Source: the human T2T-CHM13v2.0 reference genome, Homo sapiens. From it: a stretch of 64,000 nucleotides of DNA. Under the pieces are notes generated by a model. It saw only the letters and a program-made list of their open reading frames with translations, searched no databases and was not told the DNA's origin. Of the stretch, positions 1 through 10,718 are shown one piece after another. The first letter of the stretch is position 1; each line of letters starts with the position of its first letter. The translations under genes were made by a program, and so were the position numbers. The stretch spans positions 42,272,001 to 42,336,000 of the forward strand of contig CP068257.2 of assembly GCA_009914755.4 (NCBI GenBank), in the 5' to 3' direction.

Positions 1-1379
1 CCCAGAATTTCTGCTGAATGAAGTGTGTCGGGTTATTTGGTACGAACATATCGAATGACTATATCTGCTCTAAGAATTTTAGTTTTAGCGTTATATTCCT
101 GATGTCTCATTTATTTCATTTGGCCTGATATTTTATTGTCTAATATCAAGATATTGAACCCTTTTTTTTTTTTTTGCATTTTTCCAGTATATATTTATTT
201 CATGTATTTTTAACTCTGCTGAATTTCTCTGTTTTAGGTCTTTCTCTTCTATCTGCAGAGTTGGGGTTTGTTTTAAGCCAGTGCGAATGTTGTCCTTTTA
301 GTAGGTGATTGGAGGCTTTTTGTATCGGTAGATATGATTGGTGTGTTTGGACCAGGGCTGTGGTCATTTTGTGTATTTTAGGGAGTTGCAGATAAAATAC
401 ATGCACGTTCGCACACACAGCACAGACGCCTGCATCTTCCCATGCGTGGTTTCTGCTCTTGCCTCTCTGGGTTTTTGTTTCACTTCGGTCGAGTTTTTGG
501 TGGTGTTGAGCGGATAGCCGGGGAAGTTGGAGTCTTGTTTGTGGCCGCCTCGTGCTCGTGTCTGTATCTAAGATCCTCAGGCTGCTCCTTTTTGGGTAAG
601 GTCTGTTGCTTCTCTAGGAACAGTGACGGTGGCAGAGCCCGTGGCCCCTCTCTCCTGTCCCAGAGCCAAGCTGTTTCCTCTCCCCACTCCCGGGCACCCT
701 GCGGGCAAGTGAGGGGGGCCCACTCTGCCCTGGCCTGCCCCACCGCCCCATTTGCTGGGTTGTCCTCAAAGCACACGGTAAGCACCCCCGCCCCCGCCCC
801 CCACACACGTACCGCTGTCAGCCTTCTTGCTCGTCACCTCCATCCAGGGCACATCCGCCCCTCTGGGTGCTGTGAGCCTGTTGCCGGCGCGGTCCCGCTG
901 CTCCTCCTTCTGCTGCCCTGCACTGCCGTGGCACAACCCTCCCTCCGGGTCTCTGCTGAGCCCTCCAGGCGCTCAGGTCTGCCGTCTGGTTGCAGGTGTT
1001 TTATAGAGTGCAGCTTTACGCTCCCACTCCAGTCATCTCCACGTTGGTGTCCGTCTGTGTGTCCTCTCTGCCTTTAAGTTCTGCCTCTGTGTGACACAGT
1101 TTCACAGTTTCTGTGACCAAAACACAGGTTTAGTCGCTTGCTGCTGGCAGAGTCCAATTAACAAGAGCACGTCGGGTATAAAGAAAGTGACTTTATTCCA
1201 AAGCTAGCTTAGGGGAAGAGGTAAAGTGAGGGTACCACTTTGCTTTTGGAGCAGAAAGTGGGAACTTTTAAAGGTGGGGGGATGTGTGGCACACAGGGGA
1301 GGAGGCTGGCAGGTGGGGGTCTGCATAACTCGTTTCGCTGCCTTATCTACCGGGTGGTCGAGTTGGCATCTTCCCCGGC

Positions 1380-1870
1380 AGAACTGTGTTGGGGTGTTGT
1401 GGGTATTGTGGGTATTGTGGGGGTTGTGTTGTGGGTGTTGTGGGGGTTGTGGGTGTTGTGTTGTGGGTGTTGTAGGAGTTGTGAGTGTTGTGGGGGTTGT
1501 GGGGGTTGTAGGGGTTGCGGGTGTTGTGGGTGTTGTAGGGGGTGTGGGTGTTGTGGGTGTTGTGGGGGTTGTAGGGGGTGTGGGTGTTGGGGGTGTTGTG
1601 TTATGGGTGTTGTGGGGGTTGTGGGTGTTGTGGATGTTGGTGTTGTAGGGGTTGTTGGTGTTGTGGGGGTTGTGGGTGTTGGGGTTGTGGGTGTTGTGGG
1701 TGTTGTGGGTGTTGTGTTGTGGGTGTTGTGTTATGGGTGTTGTGGGGGTTGTGGGTGTTGGAGTTGTGGGTGTTGTGGGAGTTGTGGGTGTTGTGGGAGT
1801 TGTGGGTGTTGGGTTGTGGAGGTTGTGGGTGTTGCGGCGGTTGTGGGTGTTGTGGGTGTTGTAGGTGGCC
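1380..1870. repeat. G-rich minisatellite (GTGGGTGTT / GTGGGGGTT)n, ~490 bp, >50 degenerate 9-bp units
   Basis: Direct reading: continuous runs of gtgggtgtt/gtgggggtt/gtaggggtt units. It produces spurious His/Thr/Pro-rich ORFs on the minus strand (1204-2007) and Gly/Val/Cys ORFs on the plus strand. Confidence 0.9.
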
Positions 1871-2206
1871 AGAACTTTCCAGGTGGAGAGAGTTAGTTCA
1901 TAACAGCACTTTGGGTGTGGATCAATTGTTGTCTCTAGAGGTAGCCACCTGGTGGCTGAGGGTTCCCCTGGAGCTCCTGAGCACATGGTTAGGTGAGCTT
2001 GCCCCATCGGCAGTGTCCAGTGAATGGAAGGGAAAAGGGTATAATTGCATTTCTAAAGGGCTATGTAGGAAGTGGGGAACAGGGGGAAATGGAGACAAGA
2101 GAAGAGAAGAGATAAAAATAATTTAGAAACAGAAAAATGGGGGACACTTGGTTACATTTTAGCTTTGTGTGTCTCTGTAAATCTAGCAATCTGGCAGACT
2201 GCTGGC

Positions 2207-2493
2207 TTTTTTTTTTTTTTTTGAGACTGACTCTTGCTCTGCCACCCAGGCTGAAGTGCAGTGGTACGATCTTGGCTCACCGCAATCTCCGTCTCCCGGG
2301 TTCCAGTGATTCTCCTCCTGAGTAGCTGGAATTACAGGCGTGCGCCACCACGCCCAGCTAATTTTTCTATTTTTAGTAGAGATGGGGTTTCACCATGTTA
2401 GCCAGGCTGGTCTTGAACTCCTGGCCTCAAGCCATCTGCATGGCTCAGCCTCCCAAAGTGCTGGGATTACAGGTGTGAGCTACCCCTGCCGGC
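2207..2493 (-). mobile_element. Alu SINE (antisense, poly-T at left)
   Basis: Reverse-complement Alu consensus: gagactgactcttgctctgccacccaggctgaagtgcagtgg ... cctcccaaagtgctgggattacaggtgtgagc. Confidence 0.9.
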
Positions 2494-2789
2494 TGACAGC
2501 TAAATTTTTAAATGCTGTTTATACTTGTGATTACTTATGTGTTTAACTTTTTTTTCTTTTTTTGTCTTAACTTTCTACTTTACCATCACCATCGTTATTA
2601 CTTAACATTCTTTTCCTTCACTTTCCTGCCTGCTCTGAGACTGGGTGAAGTTTGTTTTTATTTCCTGTTTCTCCTACTGCAGAAGTCACACATCTGTCCA
2701 TCATTTATATTCTTGGAGTGTCGTCCTTAAATGTTAGGATGCATGCTTGATGTCACAAAAGTTTACCGGTGTCTCTATTTTCTTTTTTT

Positions 2790-3411
2790 TTAAACTTCAC
2801 TAGTGTGTGGGGTACAGGTGGATTTTGGTTATGCGGACAGGTTCTTTAGTGGCGAATTCTGAGATTTTAGTGCACCTGTCACCCGAGCAGTGTACACTGG
2901 ACCCAATATAGAGTCTCTATCCCTCACCCCCTTCCCAATTTCCCTGTCCATTATATCACTCTATGTTTTTGCGTTCTCATAGCTTAGCTCCCACTTATAA
3001 GTGAGAACAGTTTTTGGTTTTCCGTTCCTGAGTTTCTTCACTTAGAATAATGGCCTCCAGCTCCATCCAAGTTGCTGTGAGACATTATTTTGTCCCTTTT
3101 GATGGCTGAGTAGTATTCCGTGGTGTATATGGACCACGTGTTCTTTATTCACTCTTCGGTCCATGGATGCTTTAGGTTGGTTCTGTATCCTTGCAATTGC
3201 AAGTCATCTTGCTGCAAACATGCATATGTCTTTTTCCGCTCATGGCTTCTTTTCCTCTGGTAGATACCCAGGAGTGGGATTGCTGGATCGAATGGTGGAT
3301 CTACTTTTAGTTCTTTAAGGAATCTCCATGCTGTTTCCACAGTGGTTGTACTAGTTTACATTCCCACCAGCAATGTAGAGGTGTTCCCTGTTCACCACAT
3401 CCATGCCAGCC
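2790..3411 (+). mobile_element. L1 (LINE-1) ORF2 3'-region fragment, older subfamily, 5'-truncated
   Basis: Matches the L1 ORF2 C-terminal region (cccacttataagtgagaac ... ttccacagtggttgtactagtttacattcccaccagcaatgtagaggtgttcc). It is diverged and ends abruptly at the U6 pseudogene. Confidence 0.75.
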
Positions 3412-3518
3412 AAAAATGTGGAATGCTTCACGAATTTGCATGTCGTCCTTCTGCAGGAGCCACGCTAATCTTCTCTGCCTCGTTCCGGTTTTAGTACACG
3501 TACTGCTGACGCAAGCAT
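3412..3518 (-). pseudogene. RNU6-like: U6 snRNA (RNU6) retropseudogene, full length (~107 nt), decayed
   Basis: Reverse complement aligns end-to-end with U6 snRNA (aaaaatGtggaaTgcttcacgaatttgcAtgtcGtccttCTgcaggAgccaCgctaatcttctctg ... ctgctgacgcaagcaT) at about 85% identity. Several CpG-decay and other substitutions mean it is not a functional copy. Confidence 0.8.
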
Positions 3519-3819
3519 GGGTGTCTCTGTTTTCTTCCCAAATAGTGTAAAGATCTTGGAGCCGGGACTTTGGTTCCATGGTGTTTTCAAACCGGCTTTC
3601 CTCATGTGTGGGTGCCATGCGGGCGTCTGCATCTCCATGCTTGGAGTCCGCGGGGGGTCTCCAGACAGGATCCTGGTTGTCACCTGAAGCTTGGAGAAGG
3701 GACAGGAGTGCACTGCAGGCGGGGGTGTGACCACGTCCGCACCCCTCCCAGAGTGCGAGGCTGTGTCTTTTTAGTCCATTTCTTCCCCCACTGCATGCTG
3801 GGACACTCATCATGTCTTC

Positions 3820-3950
3820 AGCCCTGTGTGTGTGTGTGTGAGAGATTGTGAGTGAGTGTGTGTGTGTAAGGGTGTGTGTAAAGCGTGAATGTGTCAGTGT
3901 GAGAGTGTGTGTGTGCGTGTGAGTGTTGAATGTGTGTGTGAGTGTGACTC
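3820..3950. repeat. GT-rich simple repeat (TG)n/(TGTGAG)n
   Basis: tgtgtgtgtgtgtgtgagagattgtgagtgagtgtgtgtgtg... Confidence 0.8.
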
Positions 3951-4429
3951 GGCTGAGAGGAGACAGCGCAGCTGGGCAGGTGATGCTTGGTGAGTGTGAT
4001 AGTGTGATGTAATCAGAAACATACTTTGGTCTCTGGCCCTGGCTCTGGGCACACAGCTCCTACAACCTTTAGTGCTGAGTGTCTTTTTTTTTGCTAATGA
4101 GGTGACTGTGGCTGGGGCTCCAGGACAGCCTCCTGGGGGACTGGTTGCCAGGGCAACTGACCATGTAATTAGAGGTTGGGACTCCACCCGTGGACCTCTG
4201 GGGAGGGGAGGGAGCCCGCAGAGGTGGAGTGGATCACCAGTGGCCGGTGTTCTGCTCGATCGTGCCTGTGTAATGAAGCCTCCACAGACTCCCTCAAGGA
4301 CAGCGTTTGGGGGCTTGCAGGCTGCTAAGCACGGGGAGGTTCCCGGAGGGTGGAGCCCTGGGGAGGGTACAGCAGCTCCGAGCTCCCTGCCCCATACCTC
4401 ACCCTGTGCATCTCTTCATCTGTATCTTT

Positions 4430-4930
4430 TGTAACATCCTTTATAAAAACCAGTAAATGAGGCCAGGCGCGGTGGCTCACGCCTGTAATCCCAGCACTTT
4501 GGGAGGCTGAGGCGGGCAGATCACGAGGTCAGGAGATCAAGACCACGGTGAAACCCCATATCTACTAAAAATACAAAAACTTAGCCGGGCGTGGTGGCGG
4601 GCACCTGTAGTTCCAGCTACTCAGCAGGCTGAGGCAGGAGAATGGCGTGAACCCTGGAGGCGGAGCTTGCAGTGAGCCGAGATCGGGCCACTGCATTCCA
4701 GCCTGGGCAACAGAGCAAGACTCTGCCTCAAAAAAACAAAACAAGACAAAACAGTAAATGTGTCTCCCTGAGTTCTGTGAGCTGCTCTGGCAAATTAATT
4801 GAACCTGAGGGGGAGTCATTGGAAAGCCACCCTGTAGCTGGTCAGTCAGAAGCACTGGACACTCCTGTGCCCTGGACACCCCAGGCCTCGCCCTGTGCTC
4901 CTCTCCGCCCAGCTGTCCATCCGGATCCTT
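4430..4930 (+). mobile_element. MaLR LTR (MLT1-like) copy, 3'-truncated, interrupted by Alu at 4461-4752
   Basis: tgtaacatcctttataaaaaccagtaaatg | Alu | tgtctccctgagttctgtgagctgctctggcaaattaattgaacctgagggggagtcattggaaagccaccctgtagctggtcagtcagaagcac matches the MLT1 LTR 5' half recalled from memory. Confidence 0.55.
4461..4752 (+). mobile_element. Alu SINE (AluY/S-like) inserted into MLT1 LTR
   Basis: ggccaggcgcggtggctcacgcctgtaatcccagcactttgggaggctgaggcgggcagatcacgaggtcaggagatcaagaccac... with an A-rich tail. Confidence 0.92.
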
Positions 4931-5230
4931 CATAACACCCTTTATAATAAACCAGTAGACGGTGTTCCCAGAGTTCTGTGAGCCGTCCTAGCAAATGATC
5001 AAACTCAAGGAGGGCACCGTGGGAACCCCAGCTTAGCCGGGTGGTCAGGAGCACAGGTCACAAGCTAGGATCAGCATCCTGACCCGGTGGTCAGGAGCAC
5101 AGGTCACAAGTGGGGCAGTCTCCAGGGCGAGCCCTGGCGCCATGGGATTTTCTGATGCCGAAATCCCCACCCGTTTTGGTGAGCAGAGCATTCTGTGTTG
5201 AGTGTTGAATGTGGGGACAGAAGGAAAGAA
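4931..5230 (+). mobile_element. MaLR LTR (MLT1-like) second tandem copy
   Basis: cataacaccctttataataaaccagtagacggtgttcccagagttctgtgagccgtcctagcaaatgatcaaactcaaggagggcaccgtgggaaccccagcttagccgggtggtcaggagcacaggtcacaag. It contains an internal 25-bp direct duplication (ggtggtcaggagcacaggtcacaag x2). Confidence 0.55.
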
Positions 5231-6035
5231 GAGTTTGTTTCCTGCGGGTGAGACTCTGGGCTGCACCAGGTGATGAGCAGCCCTGGAGCGCTTGTTAGTT
5301 TTGTGGTGCCTTTGAAGTCACTTCGCTGGGTCCGCAATCAAAAGCCGGGGTTGGTGGTGGTTCTTTTGTTAATCAGTAATTAGCTCCACACTGTTGATTC
5401 TCTGAGCTCTTTTTTTTTTCCCCCAGGGATAAAGCGTTAATTACTTTTTTAACACGATACTAACCTCCTGACAGCCTCCCACCCCAAGCTGGGTGTCTGG
5501 GGACGGCGGGCCTGTCTCCCCCACCAAGGTGTGGGGTGAGTGTGGAGAGGACATTTCACAGCTCCCCGGGGGTCACCATCAGTGTGAGTGTTGGGACATT
5601 CTTTTCCTGATTTCTCTGTCTCTCGATGCCATTTTTGTGAAGGTTTAGCAAATACTTGATAGATTGTTGTGAGAATGTGGGCTTCCTTATTTGGGGGAGA
5701 TTTTTTATAATGGAAAAGGTTTCCTTTTTTGGAAGTCACCTGGGGACGGGGATGAGTCACCCGGGGGCCTTGGTGCATGTGGAGGCCCAGGCTTGTGGGG
5801 GAGTCGCACAGAGCACGTGTGTGATGCATTTATCAGGGCCTTTCTCAGCCTGGGGACGAGGAGTGGATGTGACGGAGGAGGCTCCTGTTCTTGTGGGGGT
5901 GGCGAGGCGAGGATGGTGAACACATCAGCAAACAGGAAGCGTGGGGGGAAGCGTGCGTGCGAAGGAGTGCAGCCCCCAGGACGCTGGGCCGAGCCAGGCA
6001 GGGACCTGCTTCAGTCCTCGAAGGAGGCTGCTGGC

Positions 6036-6150
6036 TTGTGACCCTCCTTAACCCCACCCTCAAGGCAGGCAGCGAGTGGAGGAGAGTCTCCCTGGGACCC
6101 TCCTTAACCCCACCCTCAAGGCAGGCAGCACGTGGAGGAGAGTGTCCCTG
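6036..6150. repeat. Local tandem duplication, ~58 bp x2
   Basis: gaccctccttaaccccaccctcaaggcaggcagc[g/a][a/c]gtggaggagagt[c/g]tccctg is repeated head-to-tail. Confidence 0.85.
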
Positions 6151-6295
6151 TGTCCCTGGAAGAGAGGCCTGCATGGCAGGGGGCACAGAGACTCTGGGCC
6201 TGGGTCCCCCCCGGCACAGTCTGTGACCTGTGACCAAAGGCTGAAGTCTGGGCTGGAGCTACCTGCTCTGTGGGAAACAACAGTGTGCTCTGGGC

Positions 6296-6430
6296 TTCCA
6301 TGGGGTCTCCCAGCTCAGGGGCTGTGGCTCAGGAGCCATGTGCCAGGCAGGGCACTCCGTCAGTGTAGGGTCTCCCAGCACAGGGGCTGTGGCTCAGGAG
6401 CCACGTGCCAGGCAGGTCACTCCGTCAGCA
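6296..6430. repeat. Local tandem duplication, ~67 bp x2
   Basis: gtctcccagc[t/a]caggggctgtggctcaggagcca[t/c]gtgccaggcagg[g/t]cactccgtcag[t/c][g/a]tagg is repeated. Confidence 0.85.
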
Positions 6431-6949
6431 TAGGGGCTGCCATGAGGATTGGCTGCATTTTTTCGCTGTGTGATGTGACTGGCTGCCCAGTGGTGGTGGC
6501 AGAGCCAGCCTGGGGTCTGGGCATGGGGCGCCTGTCCCCAGCGGGGCGGGCTCTGGGGTGCGAGCGTCTGTTCTGTGTCAGGAGTCCCTGTTTCTTTCTC
6601 CCCATGCTCACACGGGGTTTTTAGACTTTGTGAAGGGTGTGCTTCCCAAAGAAAACCAGCTGCAGGTGTCTGTGCTGGCACAAGGAGAACAAACCCAGAG
6701 AGCACTGGGTTCTTTCCTAGAGGGGATGGAATCCAGCCAGGCGTGCCATGAGGCTCGCAGCCTCGGGGACCTGTGCTCACCAGCACACCACCAGTGCCCA
6801 GGGCTCCTTGTGCTGCAGGAAGGGACACTGGCATGAAGTAGGGGGTGGGGGGAGTCGCTGTCTGGGGGGCACTCCATGTACCTCCAGATTCATGCACTCG
6901 GGGACCGGGCAACGCCTCGGGAAGCAGCCTGCGCTGATGTCAGGATCTA

Positions 6950-7330
6950 TAGTTTAATACTCGTTAGTTTGTCCCCTGTGAAAAGGAAAGAAAGATTTTC
7001 TCCCTACTGCACTCTCATACTCAACACAGAACACTTCTGCCGTGAGATGCGTGGATGTTTCCCCACAAGCAGTGCTCCAGGGCACCCACCCAGGCGCCCT
7101 CCAATTCCATTGAGTTCTGACGCGTCAGATCCCCCAGGGCCAGGGCCCAGTCCCACAAGACTGCCCCACTGTCAGATGCCAATCCCAGGTTGTGATCCAT
7201 GACCCAACTGGCTGGAAGCTGGGGTTCCCATGATGCCCTCGAGTTTGAACATTTGCCAGGACAGCTCACAGAACTCAGGGAAATACCAGCTGTGTCTGCT
7301 GGTTTCTGGTAGAGGGTGTTACGAAGGATC
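6950..7330 (-). mobile_element. MaLR LTR (MLT1-like) copy in inverse orientation
   Basis: Reverse complement gives ...ccctgagttctgtgagctgtcctggcaaatgttcaaactcgagggcatcatgggaaccccagcttccagccagttgggtcatgg ... ggggcagtcttgtgggactgggccc. This is the same family as 4430-5230. Confidence 0.55.
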
Positions 7331-7478
7331 CGATGGACAGCCAGGGGGAAAGGGGTACAGAGTGAGGCCTGGGGGATCCTGGGTACCAGGGCTTCTGTCC
7401 CTGGGGAGCTGGGGTGCACGGGCCTCCCAGCATGTGGGTGAGTTCACCACCCTGAAGTCCATTGTACAAGAGTTTTGA

Positions 7479-7941
<463 letters not shown>

Positions 7942-8979
7942 AGGAAAATGTAAGGTTTTAAGAACTTTGTACAAGAACCAAATAGAACAAAAGATGCTCC
8001 TGTCACCCTTCCCACTCAGGAAATTACAAGGAATTTATGAGCTTTGTGTCAGGAACCAGGGACTAAGACCAATAAATACCTGCTGCTTATCACACAGCTC
8101 CCCAGGTCCGCTCCCGTGAGGAGCAGGCTCTGCCTTTGCAAGCACTTTCACGAACAGCAGATCCATCTTCCTCCTGTTAGCAATCAGGCGGTCAGGGTGG
8201 CGGCCACTTCCCTGCCATGCCGCAGAGACCCTGACCTCCTCCGACATCATGCTCCGGCCCCGGCTTCTGTCCTAGCTGTGGCTCGCTGGTCTCGAGATGG
8301 CTGCCTTGCCCCGGCTGTTTCATCTGCATTCCAGGCAGGAAGGTCGAGAAGGGCACGCCTGGGCTTTTCTTTTGAAGACTCCCCCTGAGCCCCACCCTGC
8401 CGCAAGGGGCTTGGGCTGTCACCCTGTGGGCTGAGTCCAGGGCTGCCGTGTTGGAGAGGCGTGTGGGAATGTGCGTTTTGGGATGGCAGCCCGAGCCTCC
8501 TACAACTTGGCAGAGTTGTCAGGATTTCAAGCCCCGTGTGTCTTTGACCTTTTACCTGAGCTGTGTGAGAAGAGGCATTTTCTTGTTTCTTTGCGAGTCC
8601 TTCCTCACTGCACTTCAGCCAGGGCGCCGACACATGGTCGTTCGACTTCTGGCTTGGCCTCTTTTGTGAGTGTGGGGCCTGGTCATATCCTCTTGGTCAG
8701 TGTCTCTGTGATGATGAGAACGGGAAGACGGCCACGGTGCCCACCCTGGCAGGACTCTCTCCCCTCGCTGGCGCTGGCTCAGCTGCCGTGAGCGGCCGTA
8801 GGCACTGTCCCGGGCCCTCCTGTGGTTGCTCCCAGCCATGCTGCTGGCTGCTTCTGCCGTCCTGGCTTGCAGAGACTCTGGGTCATGCGGGGAAGAGGGC
8901 AGAGTCCTCCTCCCTGCTCAGGCAAGAGAGGATCCAGCAAGATTTCTTCCTCCCCACCCTCCTGCCCCTCCCAGTCTGG

Positions 8980-9074
8980 GCAGCAGATAAAAGCCAGGGC
9001 CCCACACTTCTGCCACCTCCTGCTGCTCACACACTCCAGCCAGGGACCTGCCCCCGGGGTCCAACAAGGTAAGG
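8980..9074 (+). promoter_or_regulatory. Speculative TATA-like box (gATAAAAG at 8986-8993) about 25-30 bp upstream of a short GC-rich segment ending in a consensus 5' splice site (caag|gtaagg at 9068/9069); possible alternative first exon
   Basis: Sequence only: cagcagataaaagccagggccccacacttctgccacctcctgctgctcacacactccagccagggacctgcccccggggtccaacaag|gtaaggac. There is no expression evidence. Confidence 0.15.
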
Positions 9075-10245
9075 ACAGCGGGGCTGCCCCTGAGCAGAAC
9101 TCTCTTTCTTCCCTGGCTGACTTTGAGGCACCTGAGTCATTGTGGGTAGACAAAAGGGGGAGGGAGAACGGGAGCTTGGGGTCCTGGTCTCAGACCCCAT
9201 GCTGTCTCCAAGTCTGTGCCCTCTGGGCTGGACTCTTCCTCAGCCCCAGCCCCAGCGCCTCCAGCTCCGCTCTGTCCCCTCAGGGGGCATTGACCCCTTG
9301 TAGCCCCGTGGCTTGTTGCCCCTGCACCCCATAACCCTGTGTTGACTTGGGCACCTGTGACATTCATGCATCTGGCCTGCGCCTGTCTCCAGCGCCCACA
9401 TTCCCACACAGAGCTCTGTCAGGACGTGCCACAGCAGGACTCCCAAGTCCATTCCACCTTCTCCGTCAGGGCAGGCCAATCCTCGTCTGCTGCAAATGTC
9501 CTGGGAGTAACAAACCCAGAGCTGGCCTCTCTGGTGTGGTGGCCGCCGGCGCCATGTAGCTGCCTGCCCAGGAGAAGCGGCGAGGCCCACGTGTGAGGCC
9601 CTGAGAGCTGGAAATAGGTACTGGATTTCAGTGTCCGATGGAGAAGTCTGTGATATTTTGGATATGTTGGATTAGGTAAAACACATCGTTAAAGTTAATT
9701 CCACTTTTCTCTGTGTTTTACTGTGGCCACTGGAGCATTCAGTGGTACGGTGGCTGCGGCTTGCCTTCTCCCGCTGGGTCAGCACCAGGGTACAGGTCAT
9801 CTGTAGACTTTTGCCTGAGACACAGACGCCTGCTTGGGACATGGACTCCAGCTCCTCAGCCCTGTCCTCCAGCAGCGGTGAAATCTGGAGTGTTCTTGAG
9901 TAACGCACTGGCGCCAAGGGGGTGCTGAGCCTTCGCTCTGCCGTCCTTGGCTGAACAAGCTGTTTCTCTGGGGACCACGTCAGGTAACACGTAGGACAGC
10001 GGGGTGGTCCAGCAGGGAGGGCATGCGCATCTGTGTGGCAGGACTGGGGGTGATTTTATCCGGGATCCCCTGGGGTGGCCCAGCGTTGGCTCGGGTGTTT
10101 CATTCTCACAGAGAACAGGCAGCTTCAGGGGCCACGCGTGCACGAGAGGAGCCCCCAGCCCCCACGGCGCGTTCCTGGGTTTCCATGCTGCGGCATTTAA
10201 GAAAAGAGCTCTGTGTCGTGCTGCTGGGGTAGCTTCCGTGAGCTA

Positions 10246-10618
<373 letters not shown>

Positions 10619-10718
10619 GAGACAGGGTTTTGCCATGTTGCCTAGGCTAGTCTCAAACTCCTGATCTGCCTGCCTCAGCCTCCCAGAGTGCTGGGATTAC
10701 AGGCATGAGCCACCAGCC
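10619..10718 (-). mobile_element. Partial Alu (right-arm ~100 bp, antisense) abutting the previous Alu tail
   Basis: gagacagggttttgccatgttgcctaggctagtctcaaactcctgatctgcctgcctcagcctcccagagtgctgggattacaggcatgagccaccagcc. Confidence 0.85.

Noticed and set aside
1204-2126. 267-aa minus-strand ORF and 140-218-aa plus-strand ORFs
   Set aside because: They lie entirely within the (GTGGGTGTT)n minisatellite. They are repeat translations (PTTPTT..., GVVGVV...) and not genes.
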